The notes beneath the pieces are model-generated. The model did not search any database and had not been told where the DNA came from. It saw only the letters and a list, made by a program, of their open reading frames with translations. Shown in pieces: positions 49,870 through 60,155 of a DNA stretch of 64,000 nt (within the stretch, counting starts at the first letter, position 1; the number at the start of each line of letters is the position of its first letter). A program made the position numbers and the translations under genes. Source of the DNA: an uncultured Methanosarcinaceae archaeon (GTDB taxonomy: Archaea; Halobacteriota; Methanosarcinia; Methanosarcinales; Methanosarcinaceae); the NCBI GenBank assembly GCA_963721455.1, contig CAVRJG010000039.1, positions 218,738 to 282,737 of the forward strand, in the 5' to 3' direction.

Positions 49870-50745
49870 ATGGCAATTCCGGATTTTCCACCTTCAGAAC
49901 TGGAAGCAGGACATGTCTCTTTGCCTGAGCTTGGGAAAATGTTCAAAATGCAAACTGAAGAAAAAACCGGATTCCTGAAAAAGATATTTTATGCAGGAAT
50001 CCCTGTAATTGCAATTACTTTTGCCGAAATGTTGATTTTCGGAGAAAGGTTAAAAGAAGCCTCAATAGTATATACCCTGCTTCTCCTGGTCCTTTCATTT
50101 TCAATAGCAGTTACGAAAAAACATGAGGTACGAAAAGTCTACCAGGCCCTTCTGCTTCTGACAATTTTCCGACTGGTAAACTTTTCAATGCCGATTTTTT
50201 ATGAGAGAAATCTTTATTCGTTCATGTTCATCTATGCACCTCTGGCAATTCCGGCAACAATTGCTACCATTCATCAGAAAGTCATATATGAGAAAAGAAA
50301 AGATACGCTCAGGAAGATATGGATCTATCTTCCTTTCTCTGTCTTTGCAGGCCTTATCTTTGCTGAAGCAGAATATATATTGATAGGGGCCAGAGAACTT
50401 ATTCCGGATCTCTCACCGGAAAACTTGCTGATACTCATAATCACAATGGTGTTTATTGTGGGACTGATAGAGGAACTTATCTTCAGGGCAATCCTCCAGA
50501 CGAGAATGGAAGAGTTCTTAGGGCCAGCTGGGGGGATCTTCCTCGCAAGCCTCCTTTTCGGCGTAATGCACTCCAGCTACGGCACTCCCTACGAAATGGC
50601 ATACAACTTTCTTGTAGGGGGCTATCTCGGATACCTATTTTATAGAACCCGAAGCCTTCCCCTTTTGATAATGATTCATGGCTCGATAAATGTGTTTTTG
50701 TTCGGGATAATCCCGCATGTAGGCCCGGGACTCGGGTTGATATAA
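49870..50745 (+). CDS. CPBP (type II CAAX/Abi) intramembrane glutamic protease
   Basis: EELIFR, FGVMH and HGSIN motifs; starts 2 nt after the DUF1616 stop. Confidence 0.92.
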   Translation: MAIPDFPPSELEAGHVSLPELGKMFKMQTEEKTGFLKKIFYAGIPVIAITFAEMLIFGERLKEASIVYTLLLLVLSFSIAVTKKHEVRKVYQALLLLTIFRLVNFSMPIFYERNLYSFMFIYAPLAIPATIATIHQKVIYEKRKDTLRKIWIYLPFSVFAGLIFAEAEYILIGARELIPDLSPENLLILIITMVFIVGLIEELIFRAILQTRMEEFLGPAGGIFLASLLFGVMHSSYGTPYEMAYNFLVGGYLGYLFYRTRSLPLLIMIHGSINVFLFGIIPHVGPGLGLI

Positions 50746-51132
50746 AAAATTTAAAAGGGTTGTAAACAGCATAACGCATAAATTAAATAAGTCTGTCAGC
50801 TAAAGTACCGGGATTAATTAAAAATTATATTTACATTGATAGTACTGCCAGCAAATGAATCCGGAGAAATTACATTAAACATTTTGAGGCTGATTACAGG
50901 AAATACACTTAGAATCTGCGAACTCTCTTCCCAGAAGAGCAGAGCAGTAAAGTTAATTTCTTCTACTTGCTGGAATCTCAATAGGGACCGGATTTCTGCT
51001 GTCAATGCGGAGGAAAAGATAAAAGACTTGCCATTTTTCCTAGGAGAACCAGAAATTATATAATAGATCTATCTTTAAAGAAGGCTGTCGTTCTTTGTGA
51101 ATGGAATTTCAGGTTTTTCCGGAGAAAAATTT

Positions 51133-51897
51133 ATGGCCAGGCATGCAGACCGCTTCTGGGAGATTGATTGTCTGCGAGGATTTGCCGTCCTTTTGATGCT
51201 TCTTTACCATTTTCTTTATGATCTGGACTTTTTCGAGCTTGCGGACATTCAGCTCAGGTCCGGCCCCATTCTATATGCAGGCAGATTCTCAGCTTTCCTC
51301 TTCATCCTTATCTCCGGAACTGCCCTCTCAATAAGCCATTCAAGAGCCCTTGATAAAGAGTTCGATGGAAACGGAGCAGAAAATTTTTTGAAATACCTTA
51401 AAAGAGGGCTCAAACTCTATTTCATGGGGCTTTTGCTCACATGTATAACCTGGATCTTTTTACCTGAAGAGTATATTGTCTTCGGAATTCTGCATTTTTT
51501 TGGGGTTTCGGCAGTGCTTGTATATCCTTTCCTGAAATATGGGAAAGAAAACCTGTTCTTCAGCCTGTTCTTTGGCCTTTCAGGACTCTATCTCAGGCAG
51601 AAAACTTTTGGATTTTCCAGTCTGCTCTGGATAGGTTTCACTCCCGAAAATTTCAGGACCCTCGATTACTTTCCTATATTTCCCTGGTTTGGGGTACTGC
51701 TCGCAGGAATTTTCCTCGGAAATTTTCTGTATACAGGCGGAAAAAGGCAATTTGAAATTCCCTATATGGGAAAGAATCATCTCTTCAGTTTATTTTCCAG
51801 CGTGGGGCAAAATTCTCTGGTCATATATTTCATTCATCAACCGCTCTTTCTCGGGCTTCTATTCCTGAGCGGACTTATTGACCCGGGAATGTTATGA
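51133..51897 (+). CDS. heparan-alpha-glucosaminide N-acetyltransferase-like membrane protein (DUF1624)
   Basis: RFWEIDCLRG..LM..YH, FGILH, DYFPIFPW and SLVIYFIHQP motifs. Confidence 0.85.
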   Translation: MARHADRFWEIDCLRGFAVLLMLLYHFLYDLDFFELADIQLRSGPILYAGRFSAFLFILISGTALSISHSRALDKEFDGNGAENFLKYLKRGLKLYFMGLLLTCITWIFLPEEYIVFGILHFFGVSAVLVYPFLKYGKENLFFSLFFGLSGLYLRQKTFGFSSLLWIGFTPENFRTLDYFPIFPWFGVLLAGIFLGNFLYTGGKRQFEIPYMGKNHLFSLFSSVGQNSLVIYFIHQPLFLGLLFLSGLIDPGML

Positions 51898-51975
51898 AAA
51901 TACTTTAAAAAGAGGTATAAATACATTTGAGACAATTTAAGAGGAGATTTGGAAAAAGTACTGTGGGGAAGTAAG

Positions 51976-52371
51976 ATGTTTCCGGATTCAAGACCATTTA
52001 CGCTATCTGACCTCTCATTGATGATGCAGATTTTTGCCTTTGCCGTCCTTTTGTATGCAATTTACAGTAAAACAAAAAGTATAGCCAGGCATGGAAAGAT
52101 TGCAGGAGTTGCCTTTTATCTGGTCTTGACTTCAGTGTTCTATATGCTGTACAGTAAAGGAAGAGGTTTTACCCTGCCCTATTACAATTCACTCCTGAGT
52201 CTGCACATGCTCCTTGGCACACTGACAATTTTCTTTGGGATCCTTTTTGTTACCAATCGGTGGAAGTGGAAAGTCAAAAAGTACATGGATCTTGAAATTC
52301 TCCTGTGGACAGGGACTTTTCTTCTCGGCATCACAGTTTATTTGCTACTTTTCGGGCTCATTTTTTCTTGA
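51976..52371 (+). CDS. small four-TM membrane protein
   Basis: Hydrophobic ORF with His residues in the helices (RHG, LHMLLG); family not certain. Confidence 0.6.
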   Translation: MFPDSRPFTLSDLSLMMQIFAFAVLLYAIYSKTKSIARHGKIAGVAFYLVLTSVFYMLYSKGRGFTLPYYNSLLSLHMLLGTLTIFFGILFVTNRWKWKVKKYMDLEILLWTGTFLLGITVYLLLFGLIFS

Positions 52372-52664
52372 ATATATTCGGCTATTGTATTCTACGCAAA
52401 AGATTTCTTTTTGCCACTCTATCTGTTTTAAGAAAAATATCCGAAGAAGCCAAACCTGCTGGTTTTATATATTATCTAACATACGTAATTTTACATATTT
52501 ACCTGATTGCAATGATTTACCTGATTGCAATGATATACTGATCAAATCACTGGCATCCTGCAAAATGATCGGGACACGGGATCAAAAGAAGATCAAATTC
52601 CTACTTATCAATTCAATAAAGGAGCAGGAAGTGCGAAATCAAAAAACAGAAGATGGAGAAAAGA

Positions 52665-52964
52665 ATGTATCTGAAAATTGCGATGTTTGCCTATTTTGTA
52701 GTCCTCTTCCTGACCCTCCGGGATATTCGGATCTTTAAAAGAACAGGCTATCGTTCCTACAGGAAAGGAGCTCTTAGGGGACTTGCAGCTTCTTCCCTGA
52801 TCCTGATAGGAGCAATTACTGTTGAGGCAAAACCGGAACTTGGCCTGCTTATTGTTTTAATAGGACTCTTTATTAACCGTAAAGGAATTAGAGAGCGTGT
52901 TTTCACTGGTGCAGGAACTCTTGACCGTTTTCTAGGAAAAACCGATTATGTAAAGAAGAAATAA
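52665..52964 (+). CDS. small membrane protein, hypothetical
   Basis: Three hydrophobic segments with basic loops; GGAG upstream of the ATG. Confidence 0.65.
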   Translation: MYLKIAMFAYFVVLFLTLRDIRIFKRTGYRSYRKGALRGLAASSLILIGAITVEAKPELGLLIVLIGLFINRKGIRERVFTGAGTLDRFLGKTDYVKKK

Positions 52965-53405
52965 GAAAAATACACGAAAGGATACAGAATACATTTAAAT
53001 GCAGGATATATTCAAATGTCATGCAATGAAGTTATACTCAAAATGAAATTATCAATGATGCAAAAAATATATATTTAAATGAGAATTGTCAGCCACATGG
53101 TGCACTTCACTTAAACAATTGAGAGAAAGAATGATAAGCCTCACAACTTTAGCCTGAAGTAGCGACCCCAAAACTTATAAATCTCAAGTGACCTATTAGT
53201 CGACAAAATCATAATCAATCAAATTTTTGCATCCAGTTTTCACTAAATCCATCAATCCGGGAGAAGAAAACAGACACTAAAGAACTGTTTTCGGCCTTCG
53301 GCTTCACGTTAACCAGAATTCACAGGAAAACATGATGAGATAAACTAGAAGTAAACTTGAATAACTGGACTAAAATACCGCAAAAAACATCCAAGAGGAG
53401 ATACG

Positions 53406-53600
53406 ATGGGAAATATAAGACAGACAAACATAAAAAGAATCGCATTCAGACTGATTGAACACCACGGAGATGTCTTCACAAAGGATTTTGAGACTAACAA
53501 GATTCTTGTGACAAAGTACACAACCATTGAAAGCAAGGTCATAAGGAACAGGGTTGCAGGCTACGTCACAAGAAAAGTTGCACGCATGAAAGTATACTGA
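53406..53600 (+). CDS. rps17e: 30S ribosomal protein S17e
   Basis: MGNIRQ..IKR, FT.DFE.NK and [14 protein letters not shown] motifs. Confidence 0.96.
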   Translation: MGNIRQTNIKRIAFRLIEHHGDVFTKDFETNKILVTKYTTIESKVIRNRVAGYVTRKVARMKVY

Positions 53601-53626
53601 ACAGAGAATTTACTTCCGGGAAACAG

Positions 53627-54517
53627 GTGGGGATATCTGACATGTTTGAAGGAGCAATGCCTGCCCTGATAACTCCTTTTACTAAGGACGACAGGATTGA
53701 CAGGGAAGGCCTACAAAGGAATATTGCATTTGTTGAAGAGGGGGGAGTTTCAGGGATCGTGCCCTGTGGTACTACCGGAGAATCGGCAACCCTTTCCGCA
53801 CTCGAACACGAAGAAGTAATCGATATTGCAGTGGAATGTTCAAAGGTTCCTGTGATTGCAGGAACCGGCTCAAATAATACAGGGGAAGCTCTCCAGTTTA
53901 CAAAACACGCTGCAGATGCGGGCGTTGACGGTGTACTTCTGATATCTCCCTATTATAACAAGCCAAATCCTGCAGGCCTGCTTGCGCACTTCAAGAAAAT
54001 TGCAGAGGCAGTCGAAATTCCTATGATTCTCTATAATGTCCCCTCCCGTACAGGGCAGGACATGCCGGTAGATGTTATCGCCGAACTTGCAAAAGTGGAA
54101 AATATCGTGGGAATTAAGGAAGCCAGCGGAAACGTCGCCAAAGTTTCCCAGATCCTGGAAAATACTGCAGATGAAGATTTCGTGGTGATTTCAGGCGAGG
54201 ACGGGTTGACACTTCCGATCATATCTATAGGAGGCAGTGGAGTCATTTCTGTTGCTGCAAATATAGTCCCTGACAGAATGTCCAGAATGGTAAATGCGGC
54301 TCTTGCTGGAGACTACGAAACCGCAAGAAAGATCCATTTTGAGATTGCCCCTCTGATTCGTGCCCTTTTCCTGGAAACGAACCCGATCCCGGCCAAGAAA
54401 GCTGCAGAACTTGCAGGGCTTGCAAGCGGGCACCTCAGGCTTCCACTTGCGCCCCTGAGCAAGACAAATACTGTAAAGCTTGCAGATGAACTCAGGAAAT
54501 TAGGGGTTATGGAATGA
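53627..54517 (+). CDS. dapA: 4-hydroxy-tetrahydrodipicolinate synthase
   Basis: GTTGESATL, PYYNKP, YNVPSRTG and GIKEAS motifs. Confidence 0.96.
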   Translation: MGISDMFEGAMPALITPFTKDDRIDREGLQRNIAFVEEGGVSGIVPCGTTGESATLSALEHEEVIDIAVECSKVPVIAGTGSNNTGEALQFTKHAADAGVDGVLLISPYYNKPNPAGLLAHFKKIAEAVEIPMILYNVPSRTGQDMPVDVIAELAKVENIVGIKEASGNVAKVSQILENTADEDFVVISGEDGLTLPIISIGGSGVISVAANIVPDRMSRMVNAALAGDYETARKIHFEIAPLIRALFLETNPIPAKKAAELAGLASGHLRLPLAPLSKTNTVKLADELRKLGVME

Positions 54518-55305
54518 TCAACGTAGCAGTACTCGGAGCCTGCGGCAGGATGGGCTCTTTAATTGTGGAAAATATTACCTGCTCTACGGATATACAGCTT
54601 GTTGCTGCTTTTGACATCAGTAATTTTGGAAAGGATGCAGGAGAATTTGCCCATGTCGGGAACCTGGGAGTCCAGATCTCAGACGTGAAAGAGATTGAAG
54701 CTGTCCTGAAAAAAATCAAGGTTGATGTCCTTATTGACTTTACAGCAGCTGGCGCAACCGTAGTTAACGCTCCAATAGCAGCCAGGTCCGGAGTAAATCT
54801 TATTATAGGAACCACAGGCCTGACTGCTGAACAGCGAGCGGTAATTGACGACGCTATCCAGAAAAACCAGGTAAGAGCGGTTATCTCCCCGAACTATTCA
54901 GTAGGCGTTAATGTCTTTTTCAAGATCATAAGGGAAGCTGCAAAATACCTTGCAGATTACGATATCGAGATTATAGAAGCCCACCATAACCAGAAAAAAG
55001 ACTCTCCGAGCGGGACCGCCCTTCGGGCAGCCGACGTTATCAGTGAAGCTCTGGGTGGAAAAGAATATATCTACGGCAGAGAAGGCATAGCCCCACGCGG
55101 AAAAGAAATCGGAATTCATGGAGTCCGTGCCGGAGATATTACAGGAGACCACACTGTCCTTTTTGCAGGCAACTCCGAAAGGATTGAAATCAAGCACATG
55201 GCTCACTCTCGCCAGATTTTTGCCAAAGGAGCAGTCAGAGCAGCAGAGTGGGTCTGCGGGCAGAAACCCGGAATTTACTCTATGGACGATGTGCTTGGCT
55301 TATAA
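54514..55305 (+). CDS. dapB: 4-hydroxy-tetrahydrodipicolinate reductase
   Basis: GACGRMG, IDFT, GTTG and EAHHNQKKDSPSGTA motifs. Confidence 0.96.
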   Translation: MINVAVLGACGRMGSLIVENITCSTDIQLVAAFDISNFGKDAGEFAHVGNLGVQISDVKEIEAVLKKIKVDVLIDFTAAGATVVNAPIAARSGVNLIIGTTGLTAEQRAVIDDAIQKNQVRAVISPNYSVGVNVFFKIIREAAKYLADYDIEIIEAHHNQKKDSPSGTALRAADVISEALGGKEYIYGREGIAPRGKEIGIHGVRAGDITGDHTVLFAGNSERIEIKHMAHSRQIFAKGAVRAAEWVCGQKPGIYSMDDVLGL

Positions 55306-55837
55306 AGCAATAGCTTAAACCGACAACCTTAAAACAAAGTTTTAAAAATAACAGGCATGGGCATCTTATCAGGCCCGCCTTCATTTTAAGCCCGGAATAA
55401 CAGCTATTTACTTTTTTCCAATTTTTCTGAACTTAGCTGGAACCATACCTGTTTTGTTATAATAACAATATCATACTGACGGCTTAGAAAGATATATATA
55501 ATATTAGATAGGAAATAGGATACTGCTTGCTTGCAAGTATTGCGCCCTGAAATCTCAAATATCATCATCCCACAACAATAGGGATACTTGCTTGCAAGCA
55601 ATATTCCAGTAAAACATTCCAGTAAAACAGTTCCCTTCCGAAAGATTACACAGGCTCATAAAAAAGAAAAATCGAAACTGGAAAAATGGAAGCTTTCAGC
55701 GGATTTTATATTGAAGAATCAGAGGAGCTGGCAAATATTCCAAAAAGAAAAATAATAGAAAATGAGTAAAAAGAAGAAGTTTAATGTGAGATTTTAATTT
55801 CCTGAGACTGCAAATGTCCTGAGAATATAAAAAAACT

Positions 55838-56311
55838 TTATTTCAGATCTTTTAAAAGCTTTTGGAAGAGCTTTTCGTCTACTATCTTCTGAGTATTGAG
55901 CATCCTTTTAAGTTCGTCGGCACTCTCTTCGCCGCCCTTTCCCTCAAGCCTGTCCTTTAATTCCATTGCAGCCCGCAAAAGTCCAGTTGCTTCTTCATAT
56001 AAAGCCTCGGCCTCGGCCTTTGTGAGTTCCTCTGTTTCCAGCAGTTCTTCATCTGCTTTTGCCCTTGCTTTGAGCTTTGGAATAAGAGCCTTTACTTCGG
56101 AAACTTCATCAGGATTGAGTGATTCTTTTTCCCCCAGTTCCCTGACCAGATCCTTCAGTCTGTATTCCTGTCCTTCAATCTCCACGCTTTCAGGGATTTT
56201 CTTCCCTGCCCAGGCAAAATCACTCCTGAGACTCCAGAGTAGTTTATTACGCTCTTCATAACCAATATATTCCGTATCTGCTTTTTTAGCATCTGGCTCA
56301 CCTGTTAGCAT
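55838..56311 (-). CDS. DUF5788-like helical protein
   Basis: ER.KLL..L...F.W.G..IP and LYEEATGLLRA motifs; paralog of 58014-58490. Confidence 0.7.
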   Translation of the reverse strand: MLTGEPDAKKADTEYIGYEERNKLLWSLRSDFAWAGKKIPESVEIEGQEYRLKDLVRELGEKESLNPDEVSEVKALIPKLKARAKADEELLETEELTKAEAEALYEEATGLLRAAMELKDRLEGKGGEESADELKRMLNTQKIVDEKLFQKLLKDLK

Positions 56312-56517
56312 GAATTTTTCCTCTGAAACCCGGATTTATTTTATAATTTTTTTTCTCTCAATCCTTATTCTTTTTGTTCCTAGCTGCAAACATTCTCCCG
56401 GAGAAAGCCTTTGTCAGAAGCCAGATACCCTCAATCCTGAACTTATTGGTTCCCTGATGGGACTTTAAGATAAAAATGAAAAATTATACTTTGACCTTAT
56501 CTAAAATTCTCTTCCGG

Positions 56518-56988
56518 TTACAGCAAATTTTCGGCTATGTCTTCCGAAATTACGTGTTCGCAGTACAGGCAGCGGAGAGTTACTCCTACTTCTCCGGACT
56601 GGAGCACGGAAAATTTGGATTTTATGGGTTCGCTACTGTTAGAAATACAGTTTGAATTAATACAGCACACGACGCCTTCAACATAAGAAGGAAGTACAAC
56701 ATTATTCTTCTGGACTACTTCAAAGTCCCTTATGATATTGATGGTAGCTTTCGGAGAGATAAGGGCAATCCTGTTGAGCTCTTCGACACTGAGTTCTTTT
56801 CCCTCAATTTTCACGACGTCTTTTTTACCTCTGGCACCAGGAGCATTCATAACAAAGCTGATAGTTGCCCTAAAAGCGCTGGAAATCCCCAGTATGCGCA
56901 GAACATTTAACGCCTGGCCTGCATTTATATGATCAATCACTGTTCCGTTTTCAATTGCCTGAATCTTCAGGTCCCGTTTTTCTTTCAT
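56518..56988 (-). CDS. pyrI: aspartate carbamoyltransferase regulatory chain
   Basis: IENGTVIDHI motif and zinc-binding C..NSNC...CLYC. Confidence 0.96.
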   Translation of the reverse strand: MKEKRDLKIQAIENGTVIDHINAGQALNVLRILGISSAFRATISFVMNAPGARGKKDVVKIEGKELSVEELNRIALISPKATINIIRDFEVVQKNNVVLPSYVEGVVCCINSNCISNSSEPIKSKFSVLQSGEVGVTLRCLYCEHVISEDIAENLL

Positions 56989-57911
56989 TCAATCACTCCC
57001 ATGGCAAGAGCAAGAAGTGCCATCCTAATAGGGACCCCATAGAAAGCCTGCTGGAAGTAACATGCATGAGGCGTTGAATCCACCTCAGGGGAGATTTCAT
57101 TGACCCGCGGGAGAGGGTGAAGAATCTTGAGGTTCGGATCTGCAGTTAGGAGCAGGTCGCCTGTAACCCTCAACCTGTTTTTAACTTTTTCATATTCCTC
57201 AGGATCGGGAAAACGTTCCCGTTGAACTCTTGTCATGTAGAGAACCTCGACATCTCCAATTATTTTCTCAAGGGAATCGGTTTCTTTTACCCCGATTTTA
57301 TTCTTTTGAAGGTCTCTGACAATTTCCGGAGGCATCCTGAGTTCAGGAGGCGAAACGAAAGTCATTTCAGCTCCGTACAGGGATAGAGCATGGCAGAGGG
57401 AATGGACCGTTCTCCCGTACTTCAGGTCTCCTGCCATAGCAATCTTCAGTCCCTCAAGATGGCTTTCCCTGCGGATAGTATAAAGGTCAAGGAAAGTCTG
57501 CGTAGGATGGTGGACAGAGCCGTCTCCGCCGTTGATCACAGGGACACTTGCAAATTCAGCCGCCATCCGTGCCGATCCGTCAAGAGGATGACGCAACACT
57601 ATAAGATCCGCATAATTGCTGATCACACGGATAGTATCGGCAAGATTTTCTCCTTTCATTACGGAACTTGCCTCCACGGAACCCAGATTCAGAATCTGCC
57701 CTCCAAGCCTCTGGGCAGCAACTTCAAAAGACAGCCTTGTCCTTGTGCTTGGTTCAAAAAAAAGAAGAGCTATAATCTTTCCATCCAGCAGGTGGGATCT
57801 CTCTTCACCTCTGGCCACAGGCTCAAGCTTTTCGGCAGTGTCCAGAACGTAGTCGATTTCTTTCCGCGAAAAGTCTTTCATTGAGATGACGTGTCGGTTC
57901 TTAAATGACAT
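56985..57911 (-). CDS. pyrB: aspartate carbamoyltransferase catalytic chain
   Basis: FFEPSTRTRLSF, HPTQ and HPLPR motifs. Confidence 0.97.
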   Translation of the reverse strand: MSFKNRHVISMKDFSRKEIDYVLDTAEKLEPVARGEERSHLLDGKIIALLFFEPSTRTRLSFEVAAQRLGGQILNLGSVEASSVMKGENLADTIRVISNYADLIVLRHPLDGSARMAAEFASVPVINGGDGSVHHPTQTFLDLYTIRRESHLEGLKIAMAGDLKYGRTVHSLCHALSLYGAEMTFVSPPELRMPPEIVRDLQKNKIGVKETDSLEKIIGDVEVLYMTRVQRERFPDPEEYEKVKNRLRVTGDLLLTADPNLKILHPLPRVNEISPEVDSTPHACYFQQAFYGVPIRMALLALAMGVIE

Positions 57912-58013
57912 CCTGTTTTCATAAAATGGTTCCCAGAGATATAACCTTTGCTCCGGAAATTTACTAAGAGTACGGAAGTAATTAAATCTGGTTTGTATCT
58001 CAGTTTTGGCACT

Positions 58014-58490
58014 TCATTTGGATACTTTTTTGAGAAATTCAAGCCAGATCTTTGCGTCTTTAATCCTCTGATTACCAAACTGTTCCTGAAAGCGTGTTGT
58101 ATTTTCTTTAAAGGTTCCGCTCTCTATTTCCTTCAGATCCATTACTGCGCGCAATAGGCCTGCAGTCTCATGATAGAGATTTCCGGCTTCTTCATGAGTG
58201 AGGGGCTTTTCTTCAAGCTCCTTTTCATCTTTCGTTTCCTTTGCTAAAATAATTTCGATACATTTATCTATTCTTGATATTTCTACCTCAGTGAGGTTGT
58301 CTTTCTGAATCAACTCCCATACATAGCTGTGCAGAGGATAAGTTTCTCCCTCAAATTCCATATGATCAGGAATATGCTGGCCGACCCAGAAAAGGCGGGA
58401 GTGCAGAGCGGAAAGAAGTTGCCTGCGTTCCTCGTCGGTTATATGTTCTTCTGAGCTTTTTTTCTCGCTTATTTTAAGGCTTTTTTCCAT
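58014..58490 (-). CDS. DUF5788-like helical protein
   Basis: ERRQLLSALHSRLFWVGQHIP and LYHETAGLLRAVMDLK motifs. Confidence 0.7.
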   Translation of the reverse strand: MEKSLKISEKKSSEEHITDEERRQLLSALHSRLFWVGQHIPDHMEFEGETYPLHSYVWELIQKDNLTEVEISRIDKCIEIILAKETKDEKELEEKPLTHEEAGNLYHETAGLLRAVMDLKEIESGTFKENTTRFQEQFGNQRIKDAKIWLEFLKKVSK

Positions 58491-58807
58491 AGTATTTCCC
58501 CAGAATATATTGCTTTCATTAACCAAAAATCTTGTCTGGTGACGATCTACTGCTACACTCTTTATCTGTAAACGCGGGATATAAAACGATAACATTAACA
58601 CAAAAAACAGTCGTAAATAAAAAGAAATATAGATAATGAAGAGCTCAAATACAAAAAATAAGGTAATAACAGAATCAAATAGATATAAAAACCGGAAAAT
58701 TCAACAGAATAAATCCGAAGTAAAAAACCAGAAATAGAAACATACAGGGCAGCTGATAGAGAAATGTTTGAATATTTCAGCTTTTTCGGTTTCCCGCTTG
58801 AGGTGAT

Positions 58808-60091
58808 ATTATCGTTCCCATAATTCAGGTTGCACTTGATCTTCTGGAATTGGATCGCTCGGTAGAGATTGCAAGAGAAGCAATAGTAGGAGGTGCGGAC
58901 TGGATCGAAATAGGCACGCCCCTGATAAAAAGTGAAGGAATGAACGCAATCCGCACCATGAGAAAAGCTTTTCCGGACCGGACGATTCTTGCAGATATGA
59001 AAACCGTGGATACAGGAGCCATGGAAGTCGAGATGGCAGCAAAAGCTGGAGCCGATATTGTTATTGTGCTAGGGAGTGCTGATGATTCTACATTACTTGA
59101 TGCGCTACGTTCAGCCCACAAGTATGGAGTCAGGTTGATGGCAGACCTCATCTCGGCTCCTGACCCGGTAAAAAGGGCAGTAGAACTCGAAGCTCTGGGA
59201 GTGGACTATGTGAACGTGCACATAGGCATAGACCAGCAGATGACAGGAAAAGACCCCGTTTCCCTTCTTCGCGAGATTTCGGAAAGAGTAAGCGTGAAGC
59301 TTGCAGTCGCTGGAGGGCTTGATGCAGACAGTGCGGTCCAAGCAGTCAAGGCCGGAGCCAGGATTGTGATTGTCGGAGGAAATATAACTCGTTCTGACAA
59401 CGTAACCGAAGCCGCCAGAAAAATCCGGCAGAGTGTGGACTCCCCAGACGCTGTGGAAATCCGGAATGTCGGAACTGTGGACCAGGAAATCAGGGCAATT
59501 CTTAAGGAAGTATCCACTTCAAATATTTCGGATGCTATGCACAGGAAAGGTGCAATGAAAGGCATTCACCCCCTGGTAAGAGGAAAAATAGTAGGAACTG
59601 CAGTTACTGTGCAGACTTTTCCAGGAGACTGGGCAAAGCCTGTAGAAGCAATTGATATTGCAAAAAAAGGGGATGTAATCGTAATTTACAACGAGAACAA
59701 AGATATTGCCTGCTGGGGAGGACTTGCAACCATGAGTTCCTTGAACAAGGGAATTACAGGCGTGGTAATAGAGGGTGCTGTCAGGGATATTGACGAAATC
59801 GAAACTCTGGGACTCCCGATTTATACGAGCAACACAGTACCTAACGCCGGAGACCCTAAAGGTTTTGGAGAAATCAATGCTGAGATTACCTGTGGCGGCC
59901 AGACCGTGAAGCCAGGAGATTACATCGTGGGCGATGAAAGCGGGGTTGTAGTAATTCCCGCGGAGAGGGCCTACGAACTGGCAAGAAGAGCAAAAGAAGT
60001 CAACAAAACCGAAAAGAGACTCTTCGATGAGATCCGGAGAGGCGGAACTCTGTCTGAGATTCTGGAACTCAAGAAATGGGAAAAACGTTGA
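58808..60091 (+). CDS. bifunctional 3-hexulose-6-phosphate synthase / RraA(MenG)-like fusion
   Basis: [15 protein letters not shown] and ADMKTVD (HPS) motifs, then SNISDA, GAVRD and [11 protein letters not shown] (RraA) motifs; frame open to ATT/ATC at 58808/58811 after GAGGTGA. Confidence 0.85.
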   Translation: MIVPIIQVALDLLELDRSVEIAREAIVGGADWIEIGTPLIKSEGMNAIRTMRKAFPDRTILADMKTVDTGAMEVEMAAKAGADIVIVLGSADDSTLLDALRSAHKYGVRLMADLISAPDPVKRAVELEALGVDYVNVHIGIDQQMTGKDPVSLLREISERVSVKLAVAGGLDADSAVQAVKAGARIVIVGGNITRSDNVTEAARKIRQSVDSPDAVEIRNVGTVDQEIRAILKEVSTSNISDAMHRKGAMKGIHPLVRGKIVGTAVTVQTFPGDWAKPVEAIDIAKKGDVIVIYNENKDIACWGGLATMSSLNKGITGVVIEGAVRDIDEIETLGLPIYTSNTVPNAGDPKGFGEINAEITCGGQTVKPGDYIVGDESGVVVIPAERAYELARRAKEVNKTEKRLFDEIRRGGTLSEILELKKWEKR

Positions 60092-60155
60092 ATGACTATT
60101 TCTGGAAACTCAAATAAAAAGAGAGAAAAAACAGGAGAATTTGCAGGAAAGGACT

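Noticed and set aside
52495-52535. Short tandem repeats (18 bp twice here; 12 bp at ~9368-9395)
   Set aside because: Simple slippage duplications in intergenic DNA with no evidence of function.
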